Below are positions 1-8,520 of a stretch of 59,345 bases of DNA, piece by piece. The notes under the pieces are model-generated. The model ran no database searches. It saw nothing but the letters and a program-made list of their open reading frames with translations, and was not told where the DNA came from. Every line of letters starts with the position of its first letter. The stretch's first letter is position 1. The position numbers and the translations under genes are program-made. The DNA comes from Verrucomicrobiia bacterium (GTDB lineage: Bacteria > Verrucomicrobiota > Verrucomicrobiia > Verrucomicrobiales > DEV007): contig JAUIGD010000001.1 of assembly GCA_030430255.1 (NCBI GenBank), positions 1 through 59,345 on the forward strand. Direction: 5' to 3'.

Positions 1-132
1 TGAGGGTGTTGCCGTTGGGAACGGCTCGGGCAGGGTGTCTACCCAGCCGCTTCGCCGATCCCTGCCGCCGCCTACTCAGCATCAACGATCAGCGGCGCCT
101 CGCCTGCGGATGTGGTGATCGATCCGGTCTAG
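1..132 (+). repeat. MITE-like element, copy A (right-arm half, cut by the window edge)
   Basis: Aligns base-for-base with 5092..5224 (copy B), from tgagggtgtt...ggcagggtg... to ...gatgtggtgatcgatccggtCTAG. The terminal CTAG (129..132) contains the TAG stop of the minus-strand gene 129..548. Confidence 0.85.
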
Positions 133-548
133 CCCATCTGCCCCGGCGGACGCTTTTTGTCGACCACCATGACCCGCAAGGGGATGCGGGCCAGCATTTC
201 GCCGTCGGCGAGGACGTCGAGCGAGAACTGGCCGGCGCGGTCGAAGGGCAGCCCCTTGATGTTGATCACCTGATTGCGGGTGAGGAAGTAGGCGTCCTTC
301 GGCAGCTCGACGCGGATCTTGGCCGGCGGCAGTTGGAATTTGGCCTTCCCGTCGTCGTCGATGAAGCGGATCACCAGTTCGTGCTCGCCCTCGTCCCCCG
401 GCTGGAAACAGATGCGCATCGCGAAGGCGCAGGCGGGGTGGACGATGGGGACGCGGTCGGTGCAGATCGTGTCGAAGGTGCCCCAGACGTAGAGCTTGCC
501 GTCCTTCTCAAGGGCGGAGTCACAGAGGGTGGCGACTTGGACTTCCAT
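129..548 (-). CDS. hypothetical small protein (139 aa), no family recognised
   Basis: ORF 129..851 trimmed to the internal ATG (MEVQVATLCDSALEKDGKLYVWG...). The region upstream of that ATG is Ala/Arg/Pro GC-shadow. The start lies 13 nt after the mrdA stop on the same strand. Confidence 0.55.
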   Translation of the reverse strand: MEVQVATLCDSALEKDGKLYVWGTFDTICTDRVPIVHPACAFAMRICFQPGDEGEHELVIRFIDDDGKAKFQLPPAKIRVELPKDAYFLTRNQVINIKGLPFDRAGQFSLDVLADGEMLARIPLRVMVVDKKRPPGQMG

Positions 549-561
549 GGCGAAAGCCGGC

Positions 562-2904
562 TCAGCGGCGCCGGCGCCCGAAGCCGAAAATTCCGCGGCG
601 GCGCTCGGGCTCGGCGGCGGGCGCCGCCTCGGGCTCGCTGACGGCGGTGGCGACCGGCGCGTCGTCGCCGGAGCTCGCAGCCCTGCTCCCGCCGCTGCTC
701 GCCTCTGCCGTGCGCGCATAGCCCTCGAGTTCGCCGCGCCCTTTGAGTTTCTTGTAGTGGGCGTTGAAGAACTCGCCGACGAGCGGCGCGGCTTTCTTGC
801 CGCCGCTGATGTATTGGCCAGGGTCGCCCTCGCAGACGGCGGCGAAGGCATACTTGGGATCCTCGGCGGGGACGTAGCCGGCGAACCACGAAAGGTAGAG
901 TTTCTCGCCTTTCTGCACCCACTCGCCGGTCCCGGTCTTCCCTGCCATCGTCACGTAGTAGTTGCCCGCCGAACGCCCGGTCCCGGAACCCGCGTTCACC
1001 ACGTCGATCAAGCCCTGGCGCACGTACCCGAGGTTCTTCGGGGTCAGGTTCAGCGCGTTGCGGCTCTGCGGCTCGTAGGCCTCGACGATGTTGTTGTTCA
1101 GGTCTTGCACCTGCAGCACGAGCCGCGGTTTCGGCACGGAATAGCCGTTGCCGATCCCGGCCATCATCTGCGCCACCTGGATGGGCGTGGAGAGCACGTA
1201 GCCCTGGCCGATCGAGGCGTGGGCCAGGTAGCCGTGGCTGAAGGAGTGCCCGTAGCGCTCGCGCACGTTCGCCTCGGTCGGCATGAAGCCAGCCATCTCG
1301 GCGTTGAGCGGGATGCCGGTCTTCTCTCCGAAGCCGAACCGGTGCGCCATCGACGAGACGTTCTCCGCGCCGGTGCGGCGCCCGACGTTGTAGTACCAAG
1401 TGTTGCACGAGCGGCGCAGCGACCCGGCGACGTTCAGCGACCCCTCGCCGTTCTTGTTCCAGTTGCGGAAGATCTCGTTGCCGATGCGCACCGAGCTGGG
1501 GCAATCGATCCAGGTATCGCCATCGACCACACCGCTCTCCAGCGCCGCGAGCGCGACCGCCGGCTTGAAGGTCGAGGCGGGTGGATATTGGCCGCGGAAC
1601 GAGCGCGGGAACAGCGGCAGGTCCGGGTCTTCGCGCAGCTTCTCGAACTCCTCGGTGCTGATGTAGGGGATCCAGGTGTTGAGGTCGTAGGTCGGCTCCG
1701 ACGCCATCGCGTAGATGTCGCCGGTCTGGACGTCCATGATCACGAACGCGCCGCGGTCGGTGTAGCGGCGCAGGCAGTCCTCGGCCAGCTTCTGCATCTC
1801 CAGATCGATGGAGGTGATGACGTTCCTCCCCGGCCGCGGTTGGCGCACCAGCTCCTCCGCCAGTTTCTCCCCATCGGCGTTGAAGATGAAGTTCACGCTG
1901 CCCGCCCTGCCCTGCAGGTGCTCGTCGAAGGTCGCCTCCAGCCCCTCGCGGCCCTCCGTCGTCGCCCACAAGGGATCGCCCGACGCCACCGGCCCGGTCG
2001 GCGCTTTGGCCTTCGTCCCCACATAGCCGACGATGTGGCAAGCCACCTTGCTCTCCGGGTAATGGCGCTGGTAGGTCGGGAACAGTTCGAGCCCCGGGCC
2101 CAGGCGTTCCTGCATCACCTCCTTCTGGTTCGAGGACAAGCTGTCCCCGAACGGCAGCGGCAGCCAGCGGCGGTTGCGGTAGTGCTTGAGGATCACCTCA
2201 TCTTCGAGGGACCAATCTTTGCCCAGATAGCCAGCCGCCGCGCGCATCCGCTCGTGGGCGAACCGCAACACCTCGCGGTCGGTCGCGCCCTCGAGCTGGG
2301 GCAGCTTGAGCGCCATCGAGTAGGCGACCTTGTTCTGCGCCAGCGGCAGCCCGTTGCGGTCGGTGACCTGACCGCGCGGCGGCGGCACGCTCAAGGTCAG
2401 GGTGCGTGCCTCCGTGCGCGTCTCCCAGGAGGCGTCGATCGGCACCGACGGAGACTCCGGTTCGGGCTCGCGTCGCGAGACGCTCGGCAGCGGTGGGGGC
2501 TCGAACTCGGGGCGGTCCGCCACCGGCGTGTCCTCCTCCTTCTCCCCTTCGGTGTTCAGCTCCTCAGATCCGCCCTCGGCGGCCAGTTCCTCCGGCGTCA
2601 CCGGCAGGGCTCGCGGCACGGGCACTTCGCCTTCGGCGCCCTCCTCTACTTCCGGTTCCACCGGCAGCGCCCGCGGCACCTCGTCGGGATCGACCGGCAG
2701 CGCCCGCGGGACTTCCTCGTCCTCGGCGGGTTCAAAGACGGGCAGAGCTCGAGGTGCCGGTTCCTCTGCCTCCTGGGCGGGGGCGAGCGCGAAACCGAAC
2801 GCCCCGAGGACGGGGATCAAGGCGAGCAGAGGGGAGCGGTACACCGGGCAAGGTCGGGCGCCCGCCCGGGAAATCAAGCGCTCAAGCCCGGACGGGAACC
2901 TCAC
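562..2904 (-). CDS. mrdA: penicillin-binding protein 2 (peptidoglycan D,D-transpeptidase)
   Basis: Carries SxxK (ASTFKP), SxN (RSCNTWYY) and KTG (GKTGTGEW) motifs and an N-terminal TM helix. GTG start. The N-terminal linker has PRALPV repeats. Confidence 0.9.
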   Translation of the reverse strand: MRFPSGLERLISRAGARPCPVYRSPLLALIPVLGAFGFALAPAQEAEEPAPRALPVFEPAEDEEVPRALPVDPDEVPRALPVEPEVEEGAEGEVPVPRALPVTPEELAAEGGSEELNTEGEKEEDTPVADRPEFEPPPLPSVSRREPEPESPSVPIDASWETRTEARTLTLSVPPPRGQVTDRNGLPLAQNKVAYSMALKLPQLEGATDREVLRFAHERMRAAAGYLGKDWSLEDEVILKHYRNRRWLPLPFGDSLSSNQKEVMQERLGPGLELFPTYQRHYPESKVACHIVGYVGTKAKAPTGPVASGDPLWATTEGREGLEATFDEHLQGRAGSVNFIFNADGEKLAEELVRQPRPGRNVITSIDLEMQKLAEDCLRRYTDRGAFVIMDVQTGDIYAMASEPTYDLNTWIPYISTEEFEKLREDPDLPLFPRSFRGQYPPASTFKPAVALAALESGVVDGDTWIDCPSSVRIGNEIFRNWNKNGEGSLNVAGSLRRSCNTWYYNVGRRTGAENVSSMAHRFGFGEKTGIPLNAEMAGFMPTEANVRERYGHSFSHGYLAHASIGQGYVLSTPIQVAQMMAGIGNGYSVPKPRLVLQVQDLNNNIVEAYEPQSRNALNLTPKNLGYVRQGLIDVVNAGSGTGRSAGNYYVTMAGKTGTGEWVQKGEKLYLSWFAGYVPAEDPKYAFAAVCEGDPGQYISGGKKAAPLVGEFFNAHYKKLKGRGELEGYARTAEASSGGSRAASSGDDAPVATAVSEPEAAPAAEPERRRGIFGFGRRRR

Positions 2905-2974
2905 CAGCCCTCGTCGTACGCCCGCTCGAGCTGCGCGCGCAAGCGCCCCGCAGACGCCGCCTCTCCCGCCTAAT

Positions 2975-3007
2975 CTAGCCTTGGTCGATCACCAAGCTGC
3001 GGGCTAG
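2975..3007. repeat. mini-copy F of the MITE-like element (first 25 nt of the left arm flanked by CTAG on both sides)
   Basis: CTAGccttggtcgatcaccaagctgcgggCTAG compares with copy B CTAGcccgaatcgctcaccaagctccggg. The right CTAG (3004..3007) contains the TAG stop of gene 3004..3561. Confidence 0.6.
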
Positions 3008-3561
3008 CCCCGCCGGGCGCGCGGGTTGCCGCCCTTGTCCTTCTGCCACTCGCTGGCGCGGTCGCTGCTGCTCCCGCCGCCGCTGCGCGAACGGTCGCTG
3101 CTGCTGCGGTCGCTGCTGCGGTCGCTGCTGCGCGAGCGGCTGCTGCTGCTGCCGCGTTCGCTGCTGCCGCGCGGGCGGTGGTCGGACGCGTGGGAAGCGG
3201 TCGAGGAGCGCGAGCGCGATGACGACGGAGCCGAGCGGTGGCGGTGGTCGTCATCGTGGCGGTGCGTGTCGTGGCTGTGGTAGCGCGAACGGCAGGAGCT
3301 GCAGCCGCAGCTCGGGCCGTGGTGGTAGCGGTAGCCGCCGCCGTAGCCGAACGAGCCGAAGCCCCGGTAACGGGAGCGGCTGGAGTAATAGGGGTCCGTG
3401 TAGCCCACCTCCCACGGGTCGGTGTAGCCGTAGCGGGTGTCGTAGCCGGAGCCGTAGCGGTTGTAGCTCGCGTTCGGATACGGTCGATCGTCGTAGTAGC
3501 AGCTGCTGAGGAGGCAGGCGGCGAGCGCCGCGGCGAGGAGGCGGAGGGGAGAGAAACGCAT
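3004..3561 (-). CDS. lipoprotein, Tyr/Gly/Ser/Arg/His-rich low-complexity
   Basis: ORF 3004..4224 trimmed to MRFSPLRLLAAALAACLLSSC, a signal peptide with a Cys lipobox. The mature part is YG-rich, then His/Cys-rich, then an RS/SDRS-repeat tail. Confidence 0.6.
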   Translation of the reverse strand: MRFSPLRLLAAALAACLLSSCYYDDRPYPNASYNRYGSGYDTRYGYTDPWEVGYTDPYYSSRSRYRGFGSFGYGGGYRYHHGPSCGCSSCRSRYHSHDTHRHDDDHRHRSAPSSSRSRSSTASHASDHRPRGSSERGSSSSRSRSSDRSSDRSSSDRSRSGGGSSSDRASEWQKDKGGNPRARRG

Positions 3562-3688
3562 GGCGGGAGCTTGGACGGGGTTACGCGGCACCGTATTCGG
3601 CCCGCGGGCCATTTTCAGCCGGAGAATTGCGCCGCCGAGATTCTGCTGGCGCCATCGCCCAGCCGCGCCGTTTTTGGCGCGATCCCCC

Positions 3689-4318
3689 ATGCAGACCGCG
3701 ATCCACATCGAGCTGCCCGCCTGGTTGCGCGAGCTCTGGGCAGCCGCTCCCGAGCGCTTCCCCAGCGAGGCCGAGCGCATGGCCTTCGCGGTCGAGCTCT
3801 CGCGGCGCAATGTCGAGGCCGGCACCGGCGGCCCCTTCGGCGCGGCGGTGTTCGAGCGCGAAAGCGGGCGCTTGATCGCCCCGGGCGTGAACGTGGTCGT
3901 CCCCGCGCACACCTCGGTCGCCCACGCCGAGACGGTGGCCATCGCCCTGGCCGGGCAACATTTGCGCCGCTGGGACCTCGGCGCCGCCGGGGAGCCGGAG
4001 ACCGAACTCGCGGCATCGTCGCAGCCTTGCGTGCAGTGCTTCGGCAACGTCTGGTGGTCGGGCGTCACCTCGTTGCTGATCGGCGCCCGCGCCGAGGACG
4101 TCGAGTCGATCGCCGGTTTCAAAGAGGGGCCGCTACCCGAGCGTTGGGTCGACGAGCTCGAGGGGCGCGGGCCGCCGCTGCGCCCGGTGCGCGTCCGCCG
4201 CGACCTGCTGCGCGACGAGGCCACCGCCGCCCTGCGCCTCTACCGCGAGCGCGGGGGCGAAGTCTACAATGCGGGTTCGGCGCAACCTCGACCCGCCTCC
4301 GGGGTAACTCCCCGATAA
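3689..4318 (+). CDS. cytidine/deoxycytidylate (CDA-fold) nucleoside deaminase family protein
   Basis: Zinc motifs H-A-E (SVAHAETVA) and PCxxC (SQPCVQCFG). ORF 3560..4318 trimmed to the ATG at MQTAIHIE. Confidence 0.75.
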   Translation: MQTAIHIELPAWLRELWAAAPERFPSEAERMAFAVELSRRNVEAGTGGPFGAAVFERESGRLIAPGVNVVVPAHTSVAHAETVAIALAGQHLRRWDLGAAGEPETELAASSQPCVQCFGNVWWSGVTSLLIGARAEDVESIAGFKEGPLPERWVDELEGRGPPLRPVRVRRDLLRDEATAALRLYRERGGEVYNAGSAQPRPASGVTPR

Positions 4319-4351
4319 CATCATCGACCGCAACGTCACCTCCAACGCACC

Positions 4352-5044
4352 ATGACCAGACCCACCCGACACTCGCTCATCGAACGCTGGGACCGCCGCA
4401 AGGCGCTCACCGGCATCGGCCTCGGCGCCGCCGCCTTCCTCACGCCCGGCGCCTTCGCCGAAGCGCTCGAAGCCACGCCGCGCCAGACCGAGGGCCCGTT
4501 CTACCCGAACGAGATGCCGCTCGACACCGACAACGACCTCCTGGTGGTCGGCGACTCGCTCACCCCGGCGGTCGGCGACGTGACCCACCTGTCCGGCACC
4601 GTGAAGAACGTCAACGGTGAGCCCGTGCGCAACGCCCTCGTCGAGATCTGGCAGGTGGGCGCGAAGGGCGTCTACATCCACACCGCCGACGCCGCGGGGA
4701 AGGAGCGCGACGAGGGCTTCCAAGGCTACGGCCGCTTCAGCACCGACACCCGCGGGCGCTACTACTTCCGCACCGTGAGGCCCGTCCCCTACCCCGGCCG
4801 CACGCCGCACATCCACGCCGCGGTGAGCATCGGCGGCGACCGGATGCTCACCACGCAGTGCTACATCGCCGCCGAAGTGGAGCGCAATGCCAAGGACGGC
4901 ATCTACCGCCGCCTCGGCGATGCCGCGAAACGGGTGACCCTCGACTTCAACCCGCTGAAAGGCAGCGAGGCCGGAGAGCTGACCGCGCGCTGGGACATCG
5001 TCATCGGCCTCACGCCCGAGGACCCCGCGCCGCGGAGGCGCTAG
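4352..5044 (+). CDS. intradiol ring-cleavage dioxygenase family protein with a Tat-like signal
   Basis: Has the RRKALTGIGLGAAAF twin-Arg leader. TEGPFYP, RFSTDTRGRYYFRTVRPVPYPGRTPHIHA is typical of protocatechuate/catechol intradiol dioxygenases. Confidence 0.8.
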   Translation: MTRPTRHSLIERWDRRKALTGIGLGAAAFLTPGAFAEALEATPRQTEGPFYPNEMPLDTDNDLLVVGDSLTPAVGDVTHLSGTVKNVNGEPVRNALVEIWQVGAKGVYIHTADAAGKERDEGFQGYGRFSTDTRGRYYFRTVRPVPYPGRTPHIHAAVSIGGDRMLTTQCYIAAEVERNAKDGIYRRLGDAAKRVTLDFNPLKGSEAGELTARWDIVIGLTPEDPAPRRR

Positions 5045-5224
5045 CCCGAATCGCTCACCAAGCTCCGGGCTGTGGCTCGCCCTCGTTGACGCTGAGGGTG
5101 TTGGCGTGGTGACCGGCTCGGGCAGGGTGTTCACCCAGCCGCTTCGCCTGTCCCTGCCGCCGCCTACTCAGCATCAACGATCGGCGGCGCCTCGCCTGCG
5201 GATGTGGTGATCAATCCGGGCTAG
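5041..5224 (+). mobile_element. MITE-like palindromic element, full copy B (176-bp core flanked by CTAG/CTAG)
   Basis: About 16-bp terminal inverted repeats (cccgaatcgctcacca / tggtgatcaatccggg). Internal inverted gttgacgctgag / ctcagcatcaac. Same length as copy D (31057..31240). No ORF inside. The left CTAG holds the TAG stop of the dioxygenase gene. Confidence 0.8.
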
Positions 5225-5287
5225 GAGCCTGTCGGACTTACCCGTTCCGGCGCGAATCGTTTTAAAATTTGCCCAAATCGCCCCGCT
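5225..5287 (+). repeat. about 62-bp module shared with 28280..28341 (abuts the same end of the MITE)
   Basis: gagcctgtcggacttacccgttccggcgcgaatcgttttaaaatttgcccaaatcgccccgc nearly equals the reverse complement of 28280..28341. Confidence 0.75.
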
Positions 5288-5399
5288 GTCTCGTCGCTGA
5301 TCTCGGGAAAGGCAGAGCATGTCGCCACGCCAACGCGGCGAGCGCCGACGAGGGGGCAGGCCGCAGCCCGCAGCCCGGTGAGCGATCGAAGCCGCCCCC

Positions 5400-7061
5400 T
5401 CAGATCGAGACGGCGTAGCCGTCGCCCTCGCGGAGGGTGTTGCTGATCGTCTCGAACAGTTGCGGCAGCGGGTATGGCTTCTGGAGGAACGCCACCTGGT
5501 GTTCGTCGGCGGTCCGCTCGAGCGCCTCGCGCTCGGTGTATCCGGTCGTCAGGATGGCCTTCTGCCAGGGGCGACGCTGCAGCTCTTCGCGAAGGAACTC
5601 GGCGCCGTTGCCGTCCGGCAACACGCAGTCGCTGAAGATGAGGTCGAACTCGCGCCCGCCGGCGCCGCCCTCCACGCGGTCGAGCTGCTGCCGTGCCGAC
5701 GCCAGGTCGTAGGCGGTCGCGACGTGGTAGCCCTGGTTGCCGAGCGCCCGGGCGACGAACATCCGCACCTGCGGCTCGTCCTCGATGACCAGAATCTTGT
5801 AGCCCTCCCTCCCTGAAGCCTCGCCCCGCTCCCGCTCCGCCGGCTCAGCCTCCCCGCCCTGAACCACGAGCGGCAGGTAGATGTCGAAGCGCGCCCCGCC
5901 CCCCTCCCGCTCACCGACCGTGATCTCGCCGTCGTGTTGGGTGACGATCCCGTGCACGACCGCGAGCCCGAGCCCGGTGCCCATGTTCCCCTTGGTCGAG
6001 AAGAACGGTTCGAACACCCGCGCCGCCATCTCCTCCGGGATCCCGGGCCCGTCGTCCTCCAAGCTCAAGCAGAACCAGTCCGCCTCCGCGTCGCCCCCGA
6101 GCCCCAGCGCGCCGGCCTCGGACGCCGCGAGGCGCCGCGAGCGGATCGTGATCGCGCCGTTGCCGTCGAGGGCGTCGCGCGCGTTGACGGCGAGGTTCAC
6201 CAGGGCTTGTTCGAGCTGCGCGGCGTCGATCAGGCAGGGCGCCTCGCCCCCCATCAGTTCGACCTGGAGGCACACCCCCTCGCCGAGCACGCGGTCGAGC
6301 ATCGGCACCGTCCCGCCCACCACCTCGTGCACATCGCGCACCTGCCGCCGCAAGACTTGGCGGCGGGAGAACGCCAGCAGCTGGCGGGTCAGGCCCGCCG
6401 CCGCCCCGGCCGCCGAGCGGATCTCGCCCGCGAAGGCGCGCAGCTCCGCGTCAGCCTCACGCTCCGCGAGCCCGTCTTCGATCAGCTGTGCATAGCCGAT
6501 GATCGGCAGCAGCATGTTGTTGAAGTCGTGCGCGATGCCGCCGGTGAGGGTCCCGACCGCCTCCATCTTCTGCGCCTCGACCAACTGCGCGCGGACGCTG
6601 TCCAGCTGGTCCGCCTGCTCCGCGAGCGCCCGCTCGAGCTCGCGCTCGGCGCGGACCTTCTTCACCGCGACGCTGGTCAACGCCCGCAGCCCGGCTTTGT
6701 CGAAGGGCTTGATCAGGTAGCCCGCGGGGTTCGCCTCGGTCGCCCGCTCCACCACGTCGGCGTCGGAATAGGCGCTGGCGAACACACAGGGGACCCCCAG
6801 CTCCTCCCGCAGCTGCGCCGCCGCAGAGATCCCGTCGCGCTCGCCGCGCAGGACGATGTCCATGAACACGAGATCGGGGGATTCCGCCCGCGCCAGCTCG
6901 ACCGCCCTCTCGGCGTCGGCGGCGATGCCAACCACATCGTATCCGAGTTCGATCAGCAGCTCGCTCAGGTCCTCGGCGACGATCCTCTCGTCATCGACAA
7001 CCAGCAAGCGGGCGGGCGCTGGCGGCGGAGGGGGCTCCTTCGGGTCTTGTCGGTGGGTCAT
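5400..7061 (-). CDS. hybrid sensor histidine kinase / response regulator (REC-HisKA-HATPase-REC)
   Basis: N-terminal REC (LLVVDDE...VFMDIVL), H-box GIAHDFNNML, an HATPase region (NARDAL, DDGPGI, GTGLGL) and a C-terminal REC (ILVIEDE...IFSDCVLPDGNG). Confidence 0.9.
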   Translation of the reverse strand: MTHRQDPKEPPPPPAPARLLVVDDERIVAEDLSELLIELGYDVVGIAADAERAVELARAESPDLVFMDIVLRGERDGISAAAQLREELGVPCVFASAYSDADVVERATEANPAGYLIKPFDKAGLRALTSVAVKKVRAERELERALAEQADQLDSVRAQLVEAQKMEAVGTLTGGIAHDFNNMLLPIIGYAQLIEDGLAEREADAELRAFAGEIRSAAGAAAGLTRQLLAFSRRQVLRRQVRDVHEVVGGTVPMLDRVLGEGVCLQVELMGGEAPCLIDAAQLEQALVNLAVNARDALDGNGAITIRSRRLAASEAGALGLGGDAEADWFCLSLEDDGPGIPEEMAARVFEPFFSTKGNMGTGLGLAVVHGIVTQHDGEITVGEREGGGARFDIYLPLVVQGGEAEPAERERGEASGREGYKILVIEDEPQVRMFVARALGNQGYHVATAYDLASARQQLDRVEGGAGGREFDLIFSDCVLPDGNGAEFLREELQRRPWQKAILTTGYTEREALERTADEHQVAFLQKPYPLPQLFETISNTLREGDGYAVSI

Positions 7062-8520
7062 GGTTGGCTTCCTGCAATCGTTCGGTGTACTCGCTGGTGC
7101 GGAGGTCGAGGCGGAACCGGCTGCCGGCGTGGCCGTCGAAGGTCAGCTTGCCGTCGAGCTGCTCGACGAGCATCGTCACCAGCCGCATCCCCAGCGTCGT
7201 GCGGGCTCCGGGGTCGAAGTCCGCCGGCAGGCCGATGCCATCGTCGGCGACCTCGAGCACGAACCGCCCGTCGTCGCCGCCCCGGCCGGCCCGCACCCGG
7301 ATCGTGCCCTCGGCGCCCGGCGCGAAGGCGTACTTGAAACTGTTCGAGACCAGCTCGTTGACGATCAACCCGCAGGGCAGCGCCGTGTCGAGCCCGAGGC
7401 AGAAGCCGTCGTCGATCTCCACCTCCGCGCGCACCCGGCGCGCCGTCTCCCCGTAGAGCCGCCGGAGCTGATCGACCAAGACCCGGACGTAGCCCGCCAG
7501 CGAGATCTCGGAGATGCTCTCGGACTGGTAGAGCTTCTGATGCAGCAGCGCCATCGAGCGGATGCGCGTCTCGCTCTCGATCAGCACCGCGCGCGCCTCC
7601 TCCGACTCCAGCCCGCGGCACTGGATGCGGATCAGGCCGCCCAACACCTGCATGTTGTTCTTCACCCGGTGGTGGATCTCGCGCAGCAGCACCTCTTTCT
7701 CCCGCAGCGCGGCCTGCTCGCGGAGCGAACTCTCCAACTGCTGCCGCGAGTCCGCCAGGCGCCTGCTCATCCAGTTCATCGTCTCGGAGAGGTGGACGAT
7801 CTCCTTGCTGCCGCCGACCCGCACTTCGGTGGAGAGGTCGCCCGCCGCGATCCGTTTGGCGAAATCTTGCAGTCGGGTGATCGGCCGGGCGATCTGGCGC
7901 CCGAAGAAGAGCGATGCCGGGACGCCGAAGCAGAGCGCCACCAGCGCGAGGTACCAAGTGCGCCCGCGCAGCTCGCGCAGGTTCTCCCGGTAGTGCTCCA
8001 TCGACAGGCCGAGGTGCACCCAACCGAGCGGCAGGGAGGTGAGGTAGCTGATCTCGTGGCTGAACTGCAGCACCTCGTCTCCACCCCCACCCACCCGGGG
8101 CGGGATGACGACGGCCGAATCCTCCCCGCCCTCGAACTGCTTCCAGTCGCCACCGTCCGCGCCCTCCCACCCATCTGCGGTGTGCACCAGGGCGCTGCCG
8201 TCCCGCAGGGTCACGACGATGTACTCCAAATCCTCGGTGTCGTTCACCAGCGCGGCGCAGCGCTGCACCACCGCCGTCCGGTCGTCCAGCGCCAGGTCCT
8301 GGCTGATCGACCGCTCCACCGCGGCGACGACCAGCCGCCCCCGCTCCTCGAGCTCGCCGCGGCTGAGCTCGGTCAGGTAGTTCATCATCGACCACGCGAA
8401 CACCCCGACCGCCAAGACCACGATCGTGCTCGCCAGCAACATCGCGATGCTGACGATGCTCAGTCCGCGGCGGCGCCGCTCCGGCGCTGGACCGCGCGAG
8501 ATCCGGACACCCTCGCTCAT
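6991..8520 (-). CDS. membrane sensor histidine kinase (2 TM, periplasmic loop, HAMP, HisKA_2-type H-box)
   Basis: H-box EIHHRVKNNMQVL and NELVSNSFKYAF ATPase motifs, with two hydrophobic helices flanking a loop of about 150 aa. The start overlaps the upstream gene stop (ATGA). Confidence 0.85.
   Translation of the reverse strand: MSEGVRISRGPAPERRRRGLSIVSIAMLLASTIVVLAVGVFAWSMMNYLTELSRGELEERGRLVVAAVERSISQDLALDDRTAVVQRCAALVNDTEDLEYIVVTLRDGSALVHTADGWEGADGGDWKQFEGGEDSAVVIPPRVGGGGDEVLQFSHEISYLTSLPLGWVHLGLSMEHYRENLRELRGRTWYLALVALCFGVPASLFFGRQIARPITRLQDFAKRIAAGDLSTEVRVGGSKEIVHLSETMNWMSRRLADSRQQLESSLREQAALREKEVLLREIHHRVKNNMQVLGGLIRIQCRGLESEEARAVLIESETRIRSMALLHQKLYQSESISEISLAGYVRVLVDQLRRLYGETARRVRAEVEIDDGFCLGLDTALPCGLIVNELVSNSFKYAFAPGAEGTIRVRAGRGGDDGRFVLEVADDGIGLPADFDPGARTTLGMRLVTMLVEQLDGKLTFDGHAGSRFRLDLRTSEYTERLQEANHDPPTRPEGAPSAASARPLAGCR

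Noticed and set aside
6-641. Peptides conserved between distant loci: MLPLGTARAGC... at 6.. and 28468.., and MNTLPEPVTTPTPSAS... at 5134.. and 31147...
   Set aside because: The conservation is at the DNA level, since these are copies of the MITE-like repeat. The similarity ends at the repeat borders, and the frames have no starts or RBS context of their own.
5319-5381. A 20-codon Arg-rich mini-ORF (MSPRQRGERRRGGRPQPAAR) after the MITE-associated module.
   Set aside because: Its composition is that of random GC-rich sequence, and there is no supporting conservation within the window.
6991-7061. The 71-nt overlap between the kinase and the hybrid kinase, considered as a sign of a frameshifted single gene.
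   Set aside because: The two ORFs are in different frames. Each has a complete, self-sufficient domain set. The overlap is more likely an over-extended kinase tail or an alternative downstream start.
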